DNA from: an uncultured Verrucomicrobiae bacterium
Lineage (GTDB): Bacteria > Verrucomicrobiota > Verrucomicrobiia > Limisphaerales > Palsa-1400
Length of the DNA stretch: 64,000 nucleotides
Assembly: GCA_963702845.1 (NCBI GenBank)
Contig: OY969763.1
Span: 5,568,001 to 5,632,000, forward strand
Direction: 5' to 3'
Below, piece by piece: positions 1-8,766 of the stretch. Numbering within the stretch: the first letter of the stretch is position 1; every line of letters begins with the position of its first letter. Below the pieces are notes generated by a model. That model saw only the letters and a program-made list of their open reading frames with translations. It made no database searches and was not told the origin of the DNA. Made by a program: the position numbers and the translations under genes.

Positions 1-1
1 G

Positions 2-478
2 GGCGGCGGCGGCCACAGCGTTCTTCGATTTCCAAACGCTTTTCACACGATCCTGCACAGTCAGATCAGCTTGGTTCAATGCGGCGACGCGCTGGCTTTC
101 GGCCGCTTGCGTCGCGGAACTCCCAGCGTCCGGCGGCTGGGGGGTGGCATCCTGTTTACGAACCAGCGATGCGGCTGCCAACCCAATGACAATCAGCGCA
201 AACGGCAGCGCACACATCGCGACGATCCGCCAATGTTGAAAATTACTGAAGAATGAAATCAGTGAACCAAGGATTTTTGCCGGGTCGAATCGAAACGTTT
301 CTTTGACCTTGGGCCGATCGCGCTCGAGGCGCAGTGCGTGTTTGGCAGTGCCGGGGGGAAGTGCCGGGAAGGTGACATTCCCTGAACACGATGGGCATAG
401 CACGTGTTTGCCGCAATAATCTTTGGTGTATTCAATGTGCTGGCCGCACCTTGGACACGACAGCTTATAGAGTTCCAT
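2..478 (-). CDS. Zinc-ribbon (CxxC...CxxC) single-pass membrane protein; 3' end runs off the window
   Basis: Not in the ORF track. Manual translation from ATG 478: MELYKLSCPRCGQHIEYTKDYCGKHVLCPSCSGNVTFP...WRIVAMCALPFALIVIGLAAASLVRKQ, open to the window edge, with GGGAG just upstream. Confidence 0.75.
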   Translation of the reverse strand, partial: MELYKLSCPRCGQHIEYTKDYCGKHVLCPSCSGNVTFPALPPGTAKHALRLERDRPKVKETFRFDPAKILGSLISFFSNFQHWRIVAMCALPFALIVIGLAAASLVRKQDATPQPPDAGSSATQAAESQRVAALNQADLTVQDRVKSVWKSKNAVAAAA

Positions 479-589
479 ATGTCTCCCTGAATTCCGGCGG
501 CAGTTTAGCGCGGCTGAAACGGAAGGATAGTAAATTTTGGGGGGAATGCCGTAGAATATCTAATGACCTCACGGCCCTGCGACACGCGC

Positions 590-617
590 TTGTAAACACT
601 TATGCGGGGCGTATGCT
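590..617 (+). promoter_or_regulatory. Candidate sigma70 promoter TTGTAA-N16-TATGCT, 6 nt before the GTG at 624 (leaderless-type)
   Basis: Motif and spacing read directly; no Shine-Dalgarno between the -10 and the start. Confidence 0.45.
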
Positions 618-623
618 GCCAAT

Positions 624-1256
624 GTGAAGAAACAAACGATCTGCGCATTGGTGCTGATGCTGGTCTTCGCGCTCAGCCGTTGGCCCGGCGTGATGCCATC
701 GAATTTTAGCGCGGCTTATGCATTGGCGTTCTGCGCCGGTCTCTATTTTCCGACGGTGCTGGCGTGGGTGTTGCCGCTGGCTACATTGCTGGTCACCGAC
801 ATTCTTCTCAATGCGCTTTATTATTCGAAAATGCCCGGATTTTCCTGGGGCGATTTTCTGCCCGGCATCGCGCCTAATTATATCGGCTACGCAGCGTTTA
901 TCGGACTGGGTGTGCTGCTTCGCTCCAAGCGTTCATTTTGGAAGTTGATCAGCGGAAGTTTTCTCGGCGCGATCGTTTTTTACATCGTAAGCAACACCGC
1001 CTCATGGCTCACGCTCGCCTATGCGAAGACGTTCATGGGTTGGATCCAGGCTTTGACGGTTGGTCTGCCGGGGTTTCCGCCAACGTGGGTGTTTCTATTG
1101 AAAACACTTTTTAGCGCAGGTTTGTTCACCGCGTTGTTCGTCGGGTCGATGAAAGCGGTCGAAGCGGTGCAGGAATCTAAACAGGAAAAGGAACAAGCAG
1201 CGCCAAATCCAGTTGAAGAGCCAGCCGAAGAAGCGGAAGAGCCCGCTGCCACCTGA
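624..1256 (+). CDS. DUF6580-like integral membrane protein (putative transporter)
   Basis: SRWPGVMPSNFSAAYALAF and FYIVSNTASW...QALTVGLP motifs, about 6 TM segments, acidic C-terminal tail. Confidence 0.65.
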   Translation: MKKQTICALVLMLVFALSRWPGVMPSNFSAAYALAFCAGLYFPTVLAWVLPLATLLVTDILLNALYYSKMPGFSWGDFLPGIAPNYIGYAAFIGLGVLLRSKRSFWKLISGSFLGAIVFYIVSNTASWLTLAYAKTFMGWIQALTVGLPGFPPTWVFLLKTLFSAGLFTALFVGSMKAVEAVQESKQEKEQAAPNPVEEPAEEAEEPAAT

Positions 1257-1344
1257 TTTGTCGGCAATTCTGCTCCCTAACGCACAAGCAACTTGGCATC
1301 GTCATTCCTTTGCGGCACAGTAATCGTTCGAAGTCAGGACCAAC

Positions 1345-3186
1345 ATGGCCGGCATCCCCGAATCAACCATCGAACAAATTCGCGCGGCCAGCGATATCGT
1401 CGAGATCATCAACGGATACATCCCGCTCAAGCGCGCCGGCCAGAATTTCGTTGCGCTGTGCCCGTTTCATAAAGAAAAATCGCCCAGCTTCAACGTCACG
1501 CCGCATAAACAGATTTTCCATTGCTTCGGTTGCCACAAAGGCGGTGACGTTTTCAAATTCGTTCAGGAATACGAAAACATCGGGTTCATGGATGCCGTGC
1601 GGCGCTTGGCCGATCGCGCCAAAATTTCGCTCGAGGTCGACAAAGATCCCGCGTTCGCGCAAAGCCGTCATCTCAAGGATCAGCTTCTGCAATTGCACGA
1701 GCAAATCACGCAGCGTTGGCAAACGGCTCTGGCCACCGATGCCGGCGGCCAGATTGCACGTGATTACCTCGCGAAGCGTGGCGTCACGGAAGAAGCGGTG
1801 AAATTGTTCCGGATTGGCTACGCGCCCGAAGCGTGGGACGACACCGTCAATTGGTCGCGCGGAAAAAGTTACGACCCCAAGCTGGTTGAACAAGCCGGGC
1901 TGATTTTGCGCAAGGAAGGTTCGGACCATTATTACGATCGTTTTCGCGGACGTTTGATTTTCCCGATTTGCGACGAGCAAGGCCGCGTCGTTGCCTTTAG
2001 TGGTCGTGTGCTGACTGGCGATGAAAAAACTGCGAAGTACGTTAACTCACCCGAAACCGCGATTTTCACCAAGGGCAAAACATTTTACGGCCTTGATAAA
2101 AGCAAACGCCCATTGCTCGACGCCAAGTCCGCAATCGTTTGCGAAGGCCAATTGGATTTGATCGCCTGCTTCATGGCAGGCGTGCAGAATATCGTCGCGC
2201 CGCAAGGCACTGCGCTCACTGCCGATCATGCGCGAATTCTCAAGCGTTACGTCGATGAAGTCGTGCTTTGTTTCGACGCGGATAACGCCGGCCAAAATGC
2301 TGCCGTCCGCGCTCTCGACAGCCTGCTGGCGTCTGGGTTGGCCATTCGCGTCGCGACCATTCCTGCGCCGCACGACCCGGACAGTTTCATCAAGGAATTC
2401 GGCGCGGCTGCCTTTCAGCAACGGATCAAAACTGCACAGGGTTTTTTCGATTACTATTTGGACCGGCTCTGCAAAACAAACGACCTCACCACGGACCGCG
2501 GTCGCATTGCGGTGGTGCAGGCGATGTCGCAATCGGTCCACAAAACTGGCAGCACAATTCTGTTGGATACCTACGCCCAAAGCACAGCCATCAGGCTGGG
2601 CGTGAACACAGATTCCGTTCGCGCGGAATTCAAAAAAGGCGGCCGGTTGATTGCTCAGCCCGCCGAGCGAGAAGAGGAGGCGAAGCAACCTGCCCCACCG
2701 CTGGCTCCGCCGCATCCAGTGGAGTGGTGGTTGTTACGGCTCCTGCTTGAAACGGACGACTTCACCGATTGGATAGCCCAGCACCTCGATTCGAACTGGG
2801 TTTCGCATCGCACTGTCCGCGAAATTATCGAAGCACGGCTGCAAGCACACGCGAACGGTTCATGGCCCGGAGTGGCGGCGTGGTTGACGACGCTGAATAA
2901 CCCCACGTGGCAAGTTCTCGTGACGAAAGTGCTGGCGGACCCAAAGCCAATCGGTAACGCGGAAGAAATGCTCAAGGGTAACCCAGACGTGAAGATGCAC
3001 GGAGTTGACTCGCGAGGCAGCGTTCAGACGTTGCGCGACAAATATATCGACGAACAACTCGCCGCGCTCAGGCAACGCTCATACCGCAGTGGCATGTCTG
3101 ACGAAGAACACCTTGCGGCAATCACCCGTGCAAATCAGTTGCGGGCGCTCAAATCCCAACCGCTTTCGCCGCTCCCCAATTCCTAG
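1345..3186 (+). CDS. dnaG: DNA primase
   Basis: CHC2 zinc finger CPFHKEKSPSF...HCFGC, YDRFRGRLIFPI, KYVNSPET, TOPRIM EGQLD and FDADNAG. Confidence 0.98.
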   Translation: MAGIPESTIEQIRAASDIVEIINGYIPLKRAGQNFVALCPFHKEKSPSFNVTPHKQIFHCFGCHKGGDVFKFVQEYENIGFMDAVRRLADRAKISLEVDKDPAFAQSRHLKDQLLQLHEQITQRWQTALATDAGGQIARDYLAKRGVTEEAVKLFRIGYAPEAWDDTVNWSRGKSYDPKLVEQAGLILRKEGSDHYYDRFRGRLIFPICDEQGRVVAFSGRVLTGDEKTAKYVNSPETAIFTKGKTFYGLDKSKRPLLDAKSAIVCEGQLDLIACFMAGVQNIVAPQGTALTADHARILKRYVDEVVLCFDADNAGQNAAVRALDSLLASGLAIRVATIPAPHDPDSFIKEFGAAAFQQRIKTAQGFFDYYLDRLCKTNDLTTDRGRIAVVQAMSQSVHKTGSTILLDTYAQSTAIRLGVNTDSVRAEFKKGGRLIAQPAEREEEAKQPAPPLAPPHPVEWWLLRLLLETDDFTDWIAQHLDSNWVSHRTVREIIEARLQAHANGSWPGVAAWLTTLNNPTWQVLVTKVLADPKPIGNAEEMLKGNPDVKMHGVDSRGSVQTLRDKYIDEQLAALRQRSYRSGMSDEEHLAAITRANQLRALKSQPLSPLPNS

Positions 3187-4085
3187 ATCAACTTCGCAAT
3201 CGCGGCGTCGATTTCTACCTCAGACGCGCCAATAGTTCCGCGTTCCAGCCGCCAATCTTCCGGATGTTCAATCGTTGCACCGGGTTCGATTTTCGTCAGC
3301 GGCCCGACCGTCTCGACTTCGATCATGTCACCGCGCGTGTAGCTTTCAGTGTTGCAGCCGTAGTCGGGATATGTGGCTTTCAAATCGAAGAGGAACCGCT
3401 TAAAGAAAATCATGCCATTGCTCGCGTAAGCGGCCCATCCCACGGTGTTGCCACAGCCAAATTTCTGCGGCTTCGAATCCGCCGGATCAGATCGGAGCTG
3501 CACATATTTCGTCCCCCACGTCCAACGTTTGTCGGCCATATCCGTATAACCCCACATCACCATCGGACGCACCGGCAGGAGCTGATTGACGTACGGTTCC
3601 TGCGGAAAAATTGCCGTGCCAGGCCCGCGCATAACCGTCAATGCCCATGCGGCGAGGTCGACCGCCCACAGGTTTTTGTTGGTCAGATGGTGCATGATCT
3701 TGACCCGGTTCGATGCCGGATCGAGCGTGACATCGATCTGTTTCTGAATTCCAGTCGATTGTTCCACCGGTTGGATAAGTTTCAACGTCTTGCCGTCCCA
3801 CTCGTGCTGAATGGGCGTATTATCCGGCGAATAGCTGCGCGGCTTAATTTCCGGTGCGTGCCAGAGACGATGGCCGCCAAAACTGCGCCAGGCGTCCCCA
3901 CCGGTCTTGCCCATGTGATCGGGAAATTCTTTAAATAGGTTGTCGCCACCGACAAAGCCAAAGCGGATGATGCGCGGGCCGACATCGGTGGTCGCAATCA
4001 ACTCGATTTGTCCGTTGGAAAGTTTAATGCAATTAGACCAGCCGCCGTAGGCAACCTTTTCCATTGTAACTGCGCGTGAACTCAT
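3183..4085 (-). CDS. DUF4380 / galactose-mutarotase-like protein
   Basis: YGGWSNCIKLSNGQIELIATTDVGPRII, GGHRLWHAPE, YPDYGCNTESY, IEVETVGPL. Confidence 0.65.
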   Translation of the reverse strand: MSSRAVTMEKVAYGGWSNCIKLSNGQIELIATTDVGPRIIRFGFVGGDNLFKEFPDHMGKTGGDAWRSFGGHRLWHAPEIKPRSYSPDNTPIQHEWDGKTLKLIQPVEQSTGIQKQIDVTLDPASNRVKIMHHLTNKNLWAVDLAAWALTVMRGPGTAIFPQEPYVNQLLPVRPMVMWGYTDMADKRWTWGTKYVQLRSDPADSKPQKFGCGNTVGWAAYASNGMIFFKRFLFDLKATYPDYGCNTESYTRGDMIEVETVGPLTKIEPGATIEHPEDWRLERGTIGASEVEIDAAIAKLI

Positions 4086-4297
4086 GGCGGGAACTTACGA
4101 TGTCGGCCAAATCATCGCCAGCACGAATTGTTCACCGGCCCAATTTTTTAATCACGAATGAGAAACTGTATATCACATCGTAAAGAGTCTTTATTACCAT
4201 TTGCATCAATGACATAACTTATTCAATTGATTTTATTTCGTAATAAATATTTTATCTTACAAATTAGATTTATATAAATTCATCACATAGATTTAAA

Positions 4298-4325
4298 TTG
4301 ACTGCAAACGGTGCGCCGATAGGCT
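4298..4325 (+). promoter_or_regulatory. Candidate sigma70 promoter TTGACT-N16-TAGGCT, 7 nt before ATG 4333, preceded by a very AT-rich tract
   Basis: Motif and spacing read directly. Confidence 0.5.
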
Positions 4326-4332
4326 CACTTAA

Positions 4333-5034
4333 ATGACCGGCCGACAACGTTCTAAACTGGCAATGTTTGTGGCAGTTGAAGGTCTATGTTTCCAATTCCG
4401 CCATGTTTGGGGACAGTTACCGGCCTTCCGCACAGCTTTCGAACGGTATCAAATCGAACTCGCCACGCTTAGCAAACTGGCAAACGTGCAACGGCGCGAT
4501 ACAGGCGGTGTAGCTCAAGAGAAAGTGAGCACGCGCCTCCATCTTTGTGAACTGGCCTTCGAGATAGCCGCTGCCATTCGCGCCAGCGCACTGGCTGCCG
4601 GAGATACTAAAGCTGCAAATAAGTTAGCGTTTTCACTGACAGAATTGCGCACCGGCAAAGACGCCGTTTGCCTTGAGCGTTGCCGGCAAGTCCTTGCTAC
4701 GGCTCGCAGCCAACAAGCTGAACTCGAACCATTCGGTGTCGATCAGCGAAAAATTGACGAGCTTACGACCGCTCTCGAACGTTTCACGGCGACAGTTGCT
4801 GACACGCTCACCCTTCGATCTGCCAATAAGAAAATCACTAGTCAATTGCCCGCGTTGTTTAGAACCGTGGAGGAAATCGTTTACAATCAGTTAGACAACC
4901 TCATGCCCCAGTTTCGCACCAACGCTGCACGGTTCTACAACCAGTATGAGGAAGCGCGGGTGATGGGCGCGACCACCGGACCTTCGCCAGGTCCCATTGA
5001 AACCGAAACAGAGGAACCGCCGATGCTGGATTAA
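4333..5034 (+). CDS. Helical hypothetical protein
   Basis: 233-aa ORF with amphipathic helical composition, own promoter candidate and acidic tail. Confidence 0.7.
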   Translation: MTGRQRSKLAMFVAVEGLCFQFRHVWGQLPAFRTAFERYQIELATLSKLANVQRRDTGGVAQEKVSTRLHLCELAFEIAAAIRASALAAGDTKAANKLAFSLTELRTGKDAVCLERCRQVLATARSQQAELEPFGVDQRKIDELTTALERFTATVADTLTLRSANKKITSQLPALFRTVEEIVYNQLDNLMPQFRTNAARFYNQYEEARVMGATTGPSPGPIETETEEPPMLD

Positions 5035-5137
5035 AAAGTTACGATTTTTTGTCCCATTTTGGATTTAGTGGCCATGAATAATTGACAGACAACGATCCAA
5101 CGTGACAACGTCTATAGAGGAGAGCGAGGAACAGGCT

Positions 5138-5872
5138 ATGCAGAATACCCAACAAACTGCGGGCATAACGCGTCGGCTACTGGCCGCGTTTACATTGATT
5201 GAATTGCTGGTGGTCATTGCGATCATCGGGATTCTTGCGTCCTTGATTTTAACGTCATTGGCGCGCGCCAAGGAAAAGGCCCATCGCGCCCAATGCATGA
5301 GCAATCTCAAACAGGTTGGCGTCGCCATCGAAGTCTATGCGCAGGACCACGCCAATCGTCTGCCTGGTCCGACGTGGCAGGGAATCTACGAAAATTACGA
5401 CAACCTGGTCACCAATCGCATGATTTTCTATCTCGCGACGTTCTTGGGTTTGCCTGCTCCTCGTGTCGATGTGCAAACCGCTAAAATACTGCGCTGTACG
5501 TCCGCCGCTGTTCATTGGCGCAACGCAGATCCCATGACACCGGCAATGGCACTCCAGCGACCACTCAGCTACATCGCGAGTGCCGAAATCACGAACATCA
5601 ACTCCGGTGTGGTCACCCGTCCGTTCGGATATCCCTATAAAGATTTGCCCACCGGTTTCACGAATATCAGCGAAGACCAATTGCCACGCAAAACCAGTGA
5701 AATCTACAATCCAAGCCGTTCCTGGGCTCTGATTGATGCCGACCAGCAGAATTCGGTCAATCTCGCGGGTTATTATCCTTTCCAGCCCAGCAAACCGACG
5801 CATGGCAGCGTCCGCAACCAACTGTTTTTTGATTGGCACGTCGAGTCGGTGAAAACTCCCGACCAAAATTAG
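5138..5872 (+). CDS. Prepilin-type N-terminal methylation protein (DUF1559 / H-X9-DG type)
   Basis: [39 protein letters not shown]-terminal [15 protein letters not shown]; start could be 5102 or 5138. Confidence 0.9.
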   Translation: MQNTQQTAGITRRLLAAFTLIELLVVIAIIGILASLILTSLARAKEKAHRAQCMSNLKQVGVAIEVYAQDHANRLPGPTWQGIYENYDNLVTNRMIFYLATFLGLPAPRVDVQTAKILRCTSAAVHWRNADPMTPAMALQRPLSYIASAEITNINSGVVTRPFGYPYKDLPTGFTNISEDQLPRKTSEIYNPSRSWALIDADQQNSVNLAGYYPFQPSKPTHGSVRNQLFFDWHVESVKTPDQN

Positions 5873-5937
5873 ATTGCAGCCGCACCAACGCACTTTCACT
5901 TTCCCATCGTCGCCAAGTTCCTGTACCTTCTACGTCG

Positions 5938-6678
5938 ATGAACGGACAAACCGTCGTCTCGACCACCACATCGGGATGGAACAAAGGAGATGAGGTCACG
6001 CCCAAAGCGCAAGTGCTGCGCTCGTTGGGGAAGCTCGTGCGCGGCCTGTCCGCGTTGTTCTGGAGCTTGCCGTTCATGCTCATCATTTATGTGCAGACCG
6101 CTCGAACAGAGTGGCTGCAAGGCTTTCGCGCGTGGGCGATGTTGCCCGCCATCGCGGTCAGCGCACTGCTTTGGTGGTCACTCATGCAATTGCGCCAATT
6201 CCAACCGCAGGAACGGATTTGGCGCCAGGCGGTCGATCGGGCGGAAGTGTTCTCAATTATCAATCTCGGCCTCTCACCTTTTCTTTATTGGTTCCACGAG
6301 ATGCCATTGGTCCCACTCTATATCGCGTGCGTGTCCGTCCTTTGTCTGTCCAGCCTGCTCCTGATTATGCAACTCAATCGCGTGCTCCAACGTTTGGCGG
6401 CGATGTTGCCCGACGAAACGCTGCGCGCTGAAACCAAGCTCTTCGCCGGCTTCAATACCTTGCTCTTACTCGCGCTGCTCGGGGCGGTGGCGATCTATTT
6501 CGGACTGCAACAACTGTATTCGTTGCCGGGATGGGTCGATAGAGCCTTGGATTTTCTAGCGGAGCAAGGCCCATTAATTATTCTGTTTGTGATTCTAATC
6601 CCACTGGCAATGACGATGGCTTTGATCTGGAAAACAAAGGAACTGATATTCGCCAGCGTATTCAATGCAGAGCGTTGA
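5938..6678 (+). CDS. Multi-pass membrane protein of unknown function
   Basis: About 6 hydrophobic segments; ATG 5938 preferred over the overlapping 5833 start. Confidence 0.7.
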   Translation: MNGQTVVSTTTSGWNKGDEVTPKAQVLRSLGKLVRGLSALFWSLPFMLIIYVQTARTEWLQGFRAWAMLPAIAVSALLWWSLMQLRQFQPQERIWRQAVDRAEVFSIINLGLSPFLYWFHEMPLVPLYIACVSVLCLSSLLLIMQLNRVLQRLAAMLPDETLRAETKLFAGFNTLLLLALLGAVAIYFGLQQLYSLPGWVDRALDFLAEQGPLIILFVILIPLAMTMALIWKTKELIFASVFNAER

Positions 6679-6739
6679 TCTCGTGGAACGCCAGAATGCG
6701 CTTTATATTTGGTCCGCTTAAGATAAGTTGCTGACAAAG

Positions 6740-7117
6740 ATGGATTCAAAAAAACTGGCGCTCCTTTGCCGTGAACTGGCTGATAACAAAAAAGCCGAAA
6801 ATATCGTCGTCCTCGACGTTCGCAAAATTTCCAGCATTACCGATTATTTCGTTCTCGCGTCCGGCACGAGCGAACCGCATTTACGCGCCATCAGTAACGA
6901 ACTCACTGACAAACTCCGCGACGAGCATCATTTGCGTCCACGTGCGATCGATGGCGACAATCAGGCAAGCTGGCAGGTGTTGGATTTCTTTGATGTCATC
7001 GTCCACGTCATGCGCGCGGACGTTCGGGAGAAGTATGATTTAGAAAGCCTCTGGGGAGATGCGCCTCGTGTTCGCGTGGCGAAGCCGCGAAAGAAGACAG
7101 GTGCCGAAGCTGCGTAG
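6740..7117 (+). CDS. rsfS: Ribosome silencing factor
   Basis: DNKKAENIVVLDV, TDYFVLASG, WQVLDFFDVIVHVM, REKYDLESLW. Confidence 0.96.
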   Translation: MDSKKLALLCRELADNKKAENIVVLDVRKISSITDYFVLASGTSEPHLRAISNELTDKLRDEHHLRPRAIDGDNQASWQVLDFFDVIVHVMRADVREKYDLESLWGDAPRVRVAKPRKKTGAEAA

Positions 7118-7304
7118 TTTGATCGAACCTCTAGAACCCACAGTCATAAGTAGTTGATTTAGAGCTAAAACTGTACCTCTAGATCTGCGAATCAGTACAA
7201 CACAAACCGTTGGGGAAAATGGGATGATATAGAACCGCACCCTCCTTATTGGGTTCAACGGGGACTCACACCGCCGAATCAACAACCCTCACACAAAACA
7301 AGCG

Positions 7305-7328
7305 TTGGCCCGGCGCAGGCCGGGCCAA
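7305..7328 (-). terminator. Hairpin, probable intrinsic terminator of the PUR-domain gene
   Basis: Perfect 10-bp stem TTGGCCCGGC-GCAG-GCCGGGCCAA followed on the minus strand by CGCTTGTTTTGT. Confidence 0.7.
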
Positions 7329-7334
7329 ACAAGC

Positions 7335-7625
7335 TTAAGAATTCTTCGGCGGAATTTCCGAAGCGGCACGCACCATGTCATTCACAACCTTGGCAAATTC
7401 GTCCAAGCCAGTGGAAGGGATGATAACGTTGTCGCGACGACCGTTCACATCTTCAGTGATGCGCAAAAACCGGCCACGGGGATTTTCTTTTAGGGTAAAG
7501 ATGAACGTCTTACGTTCGATCTGAATTTTCTCCGTCTTCAGGGTATCTTCATTGACAGGCGGTCTGGGCGGACCGGCACTGTATGAACGATAACCGTGGG
7601 GCGACGGGCGTTCGTTTGAAATCAT
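7335..7625 (-). CDS. PUR-alpha/beta/gamma family single-stranded DNA/RNA-binding protein (one PUR repeat)
   Basis: TEKIQIERKTFIFTLKENPRGRFLRITEDVNGRRDNVIIPSTGLDEF fits the PUR repeat pattern. Confidence 0.85.
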   Translation of the reverse strand: MISNERPSPHGYRSYSAGPPRPPVNEDTLKTEKIQIERKTFIFTLKENPRGRFLRITEDVNGRRDNVIIPSTGLDEFAKVVNDMVRAASEIPPKNS

Positions 7626-7703
7626 ATTGTTGTTTCTTTCGCTGCTATGCGCCTCATAAGTGCGGCGCGTTCCATTAACTACTTTGATAAAATACCCTAA
7701 AAG

Positions 7704-8234
7704 TCAACTCCGGAGTTTCCCGAGAGTTGAAAACCTAGGCCTTTCTATCGCTGATGTCTGCGTGTCAGTGACTTTGAAAACGTAGATGACCAGCCCTATG
7801 ATAACAAGGAGATTCGCTGCTTGCGAGCATCCGTGAAGTTTACGAAAGCTTTTATCAGCTTCTTCCCTAGCTGCCGTAACTGTTCCCCAATATTTAATAT
7901 AATGCAAGTTGGCCATCTTAGGCTGCAACCACAGCCCGCTCACCAACGCGAACGCCGTCAGTCCCAGCAATATCGGGAGAATCAAGCGCGAGACGCGTCG
8001 GCCTAAAATCAATGCTACGGCTGCCCAATGGATTAGCGCAATCCCCGCACACCAGTATTGCACCACGGTGTAACGCGCCAGGATGTTCTCGGCCACGATT
8101 CCCACCAGCGGCCGTTGCACAAGCCGGCCCACTTCCGGCGAAAAAACCACCGGAAGCCCGACGGTGACAAATACGGCCGAACCAAGCCACACCGCTGCGT
8201 TAATAGTGCCGATGAACCGGAGCAATTTCGACAT
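7704..8234 (-). CDS. DUF4149 (TMEM205-like) membrane protein
   Basis: AVWLGSAVF first TM, four TM segments, FRKLHGCSQAANL motif. Confidence 0.75.
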   Translation of the reverse strand: MSKLLRFIGTINAAVWLGSAVFVTVGLPVVFSPEVGRLVQRPLVGIVAENILARYTVVQYWCAGIALIHWAAVALILGRRVSRLILPILLGLTAFALVSGLWLQPKMANLHYIKYWGTVTAAREEADKSFRKLHGCSQAANLLVIIGLVIYVFKVTDTQTSAIERPRFSTLGKLRS

Positions 8235-8316
8235 ACAGGTTACTTACCACATCGCGACCAACCGGCAGCAAAGAATTTGCTTCCAAGTTGCGCGCCAGAG
8301 CGTAGCTTCCCTAAAA

Positions 8317-8766
8317 ATGCGCTGGATAGTCTTTACTCTACTTCTGGTGATTGCGCCGGCCGCGTTTGCCGGCGAAGGACGTGTCATCAAAGTCCTGCCA
8401 CTTTATCTGGACAGTAAAGGTCGCGATTCTCTCCACCCCAGTCTTTATGAACGCGACGCTTACCAGGCCATTCTTCGCGCGCACCCTCTTCAGTGCTCTG
8501 CCTTGCGCTTCGCTGTGCAATGGAAGGGGCGCGAGATAAATTGGTCAAAGGCACGCATGGTTGTTGAAACGCGTGGCGTGCAAGGAAATGAAATGGTCAC
8601 CCGTTCGGCCCAGCATCCGCTCGAAAAATGTGGTCGGTTCAGCAAATGGGCCAACGTCGATATTTCCGGCAAAGACTTCGAAACTATGGGCGTGCTCGCC
8701 GCCTGGCGAGTCACGCTTTGGGAGGGTGACCATAAGCTCGGTGAACAAAAATCCTTCCTGTGGTAA
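8317..8766 (+). CDS. Exported hypothetical protein
   Basis: Signal peptide MRWIVFTLLLVIAPAAFA; C-terminal AWRVTLW...EQKSFLW. Confidence 0.7.
   Translation: MRWIVFTLLLVIAPAAFAGEGRVIKVLPLYLDSKGRDSLHPSLYERDAYQAILRAHPLQCSALRFAVQWKGREINWSKARMVVETRGVQGNEMVTRSAQHPLEKCGRFSKWANVDISGKDFETMGVLAAWRVTLWEGDHKLGEQKSFLW

Noticed and set aside
4205..4240. dif site or oriC in the AT-rich tract
   Set aside because: Only a partial XerD-like arm (TTATGTCA on the minus strand), no XerC arm, and no DnaA boxes seen
7118..7290. 6S RNA (GCTAAAACTG and GGGTTCAA resemble 6S segments)
   Set aside because: Spacing is wrong and I cannot form the long closing stem; kept only as an unexplained spacer
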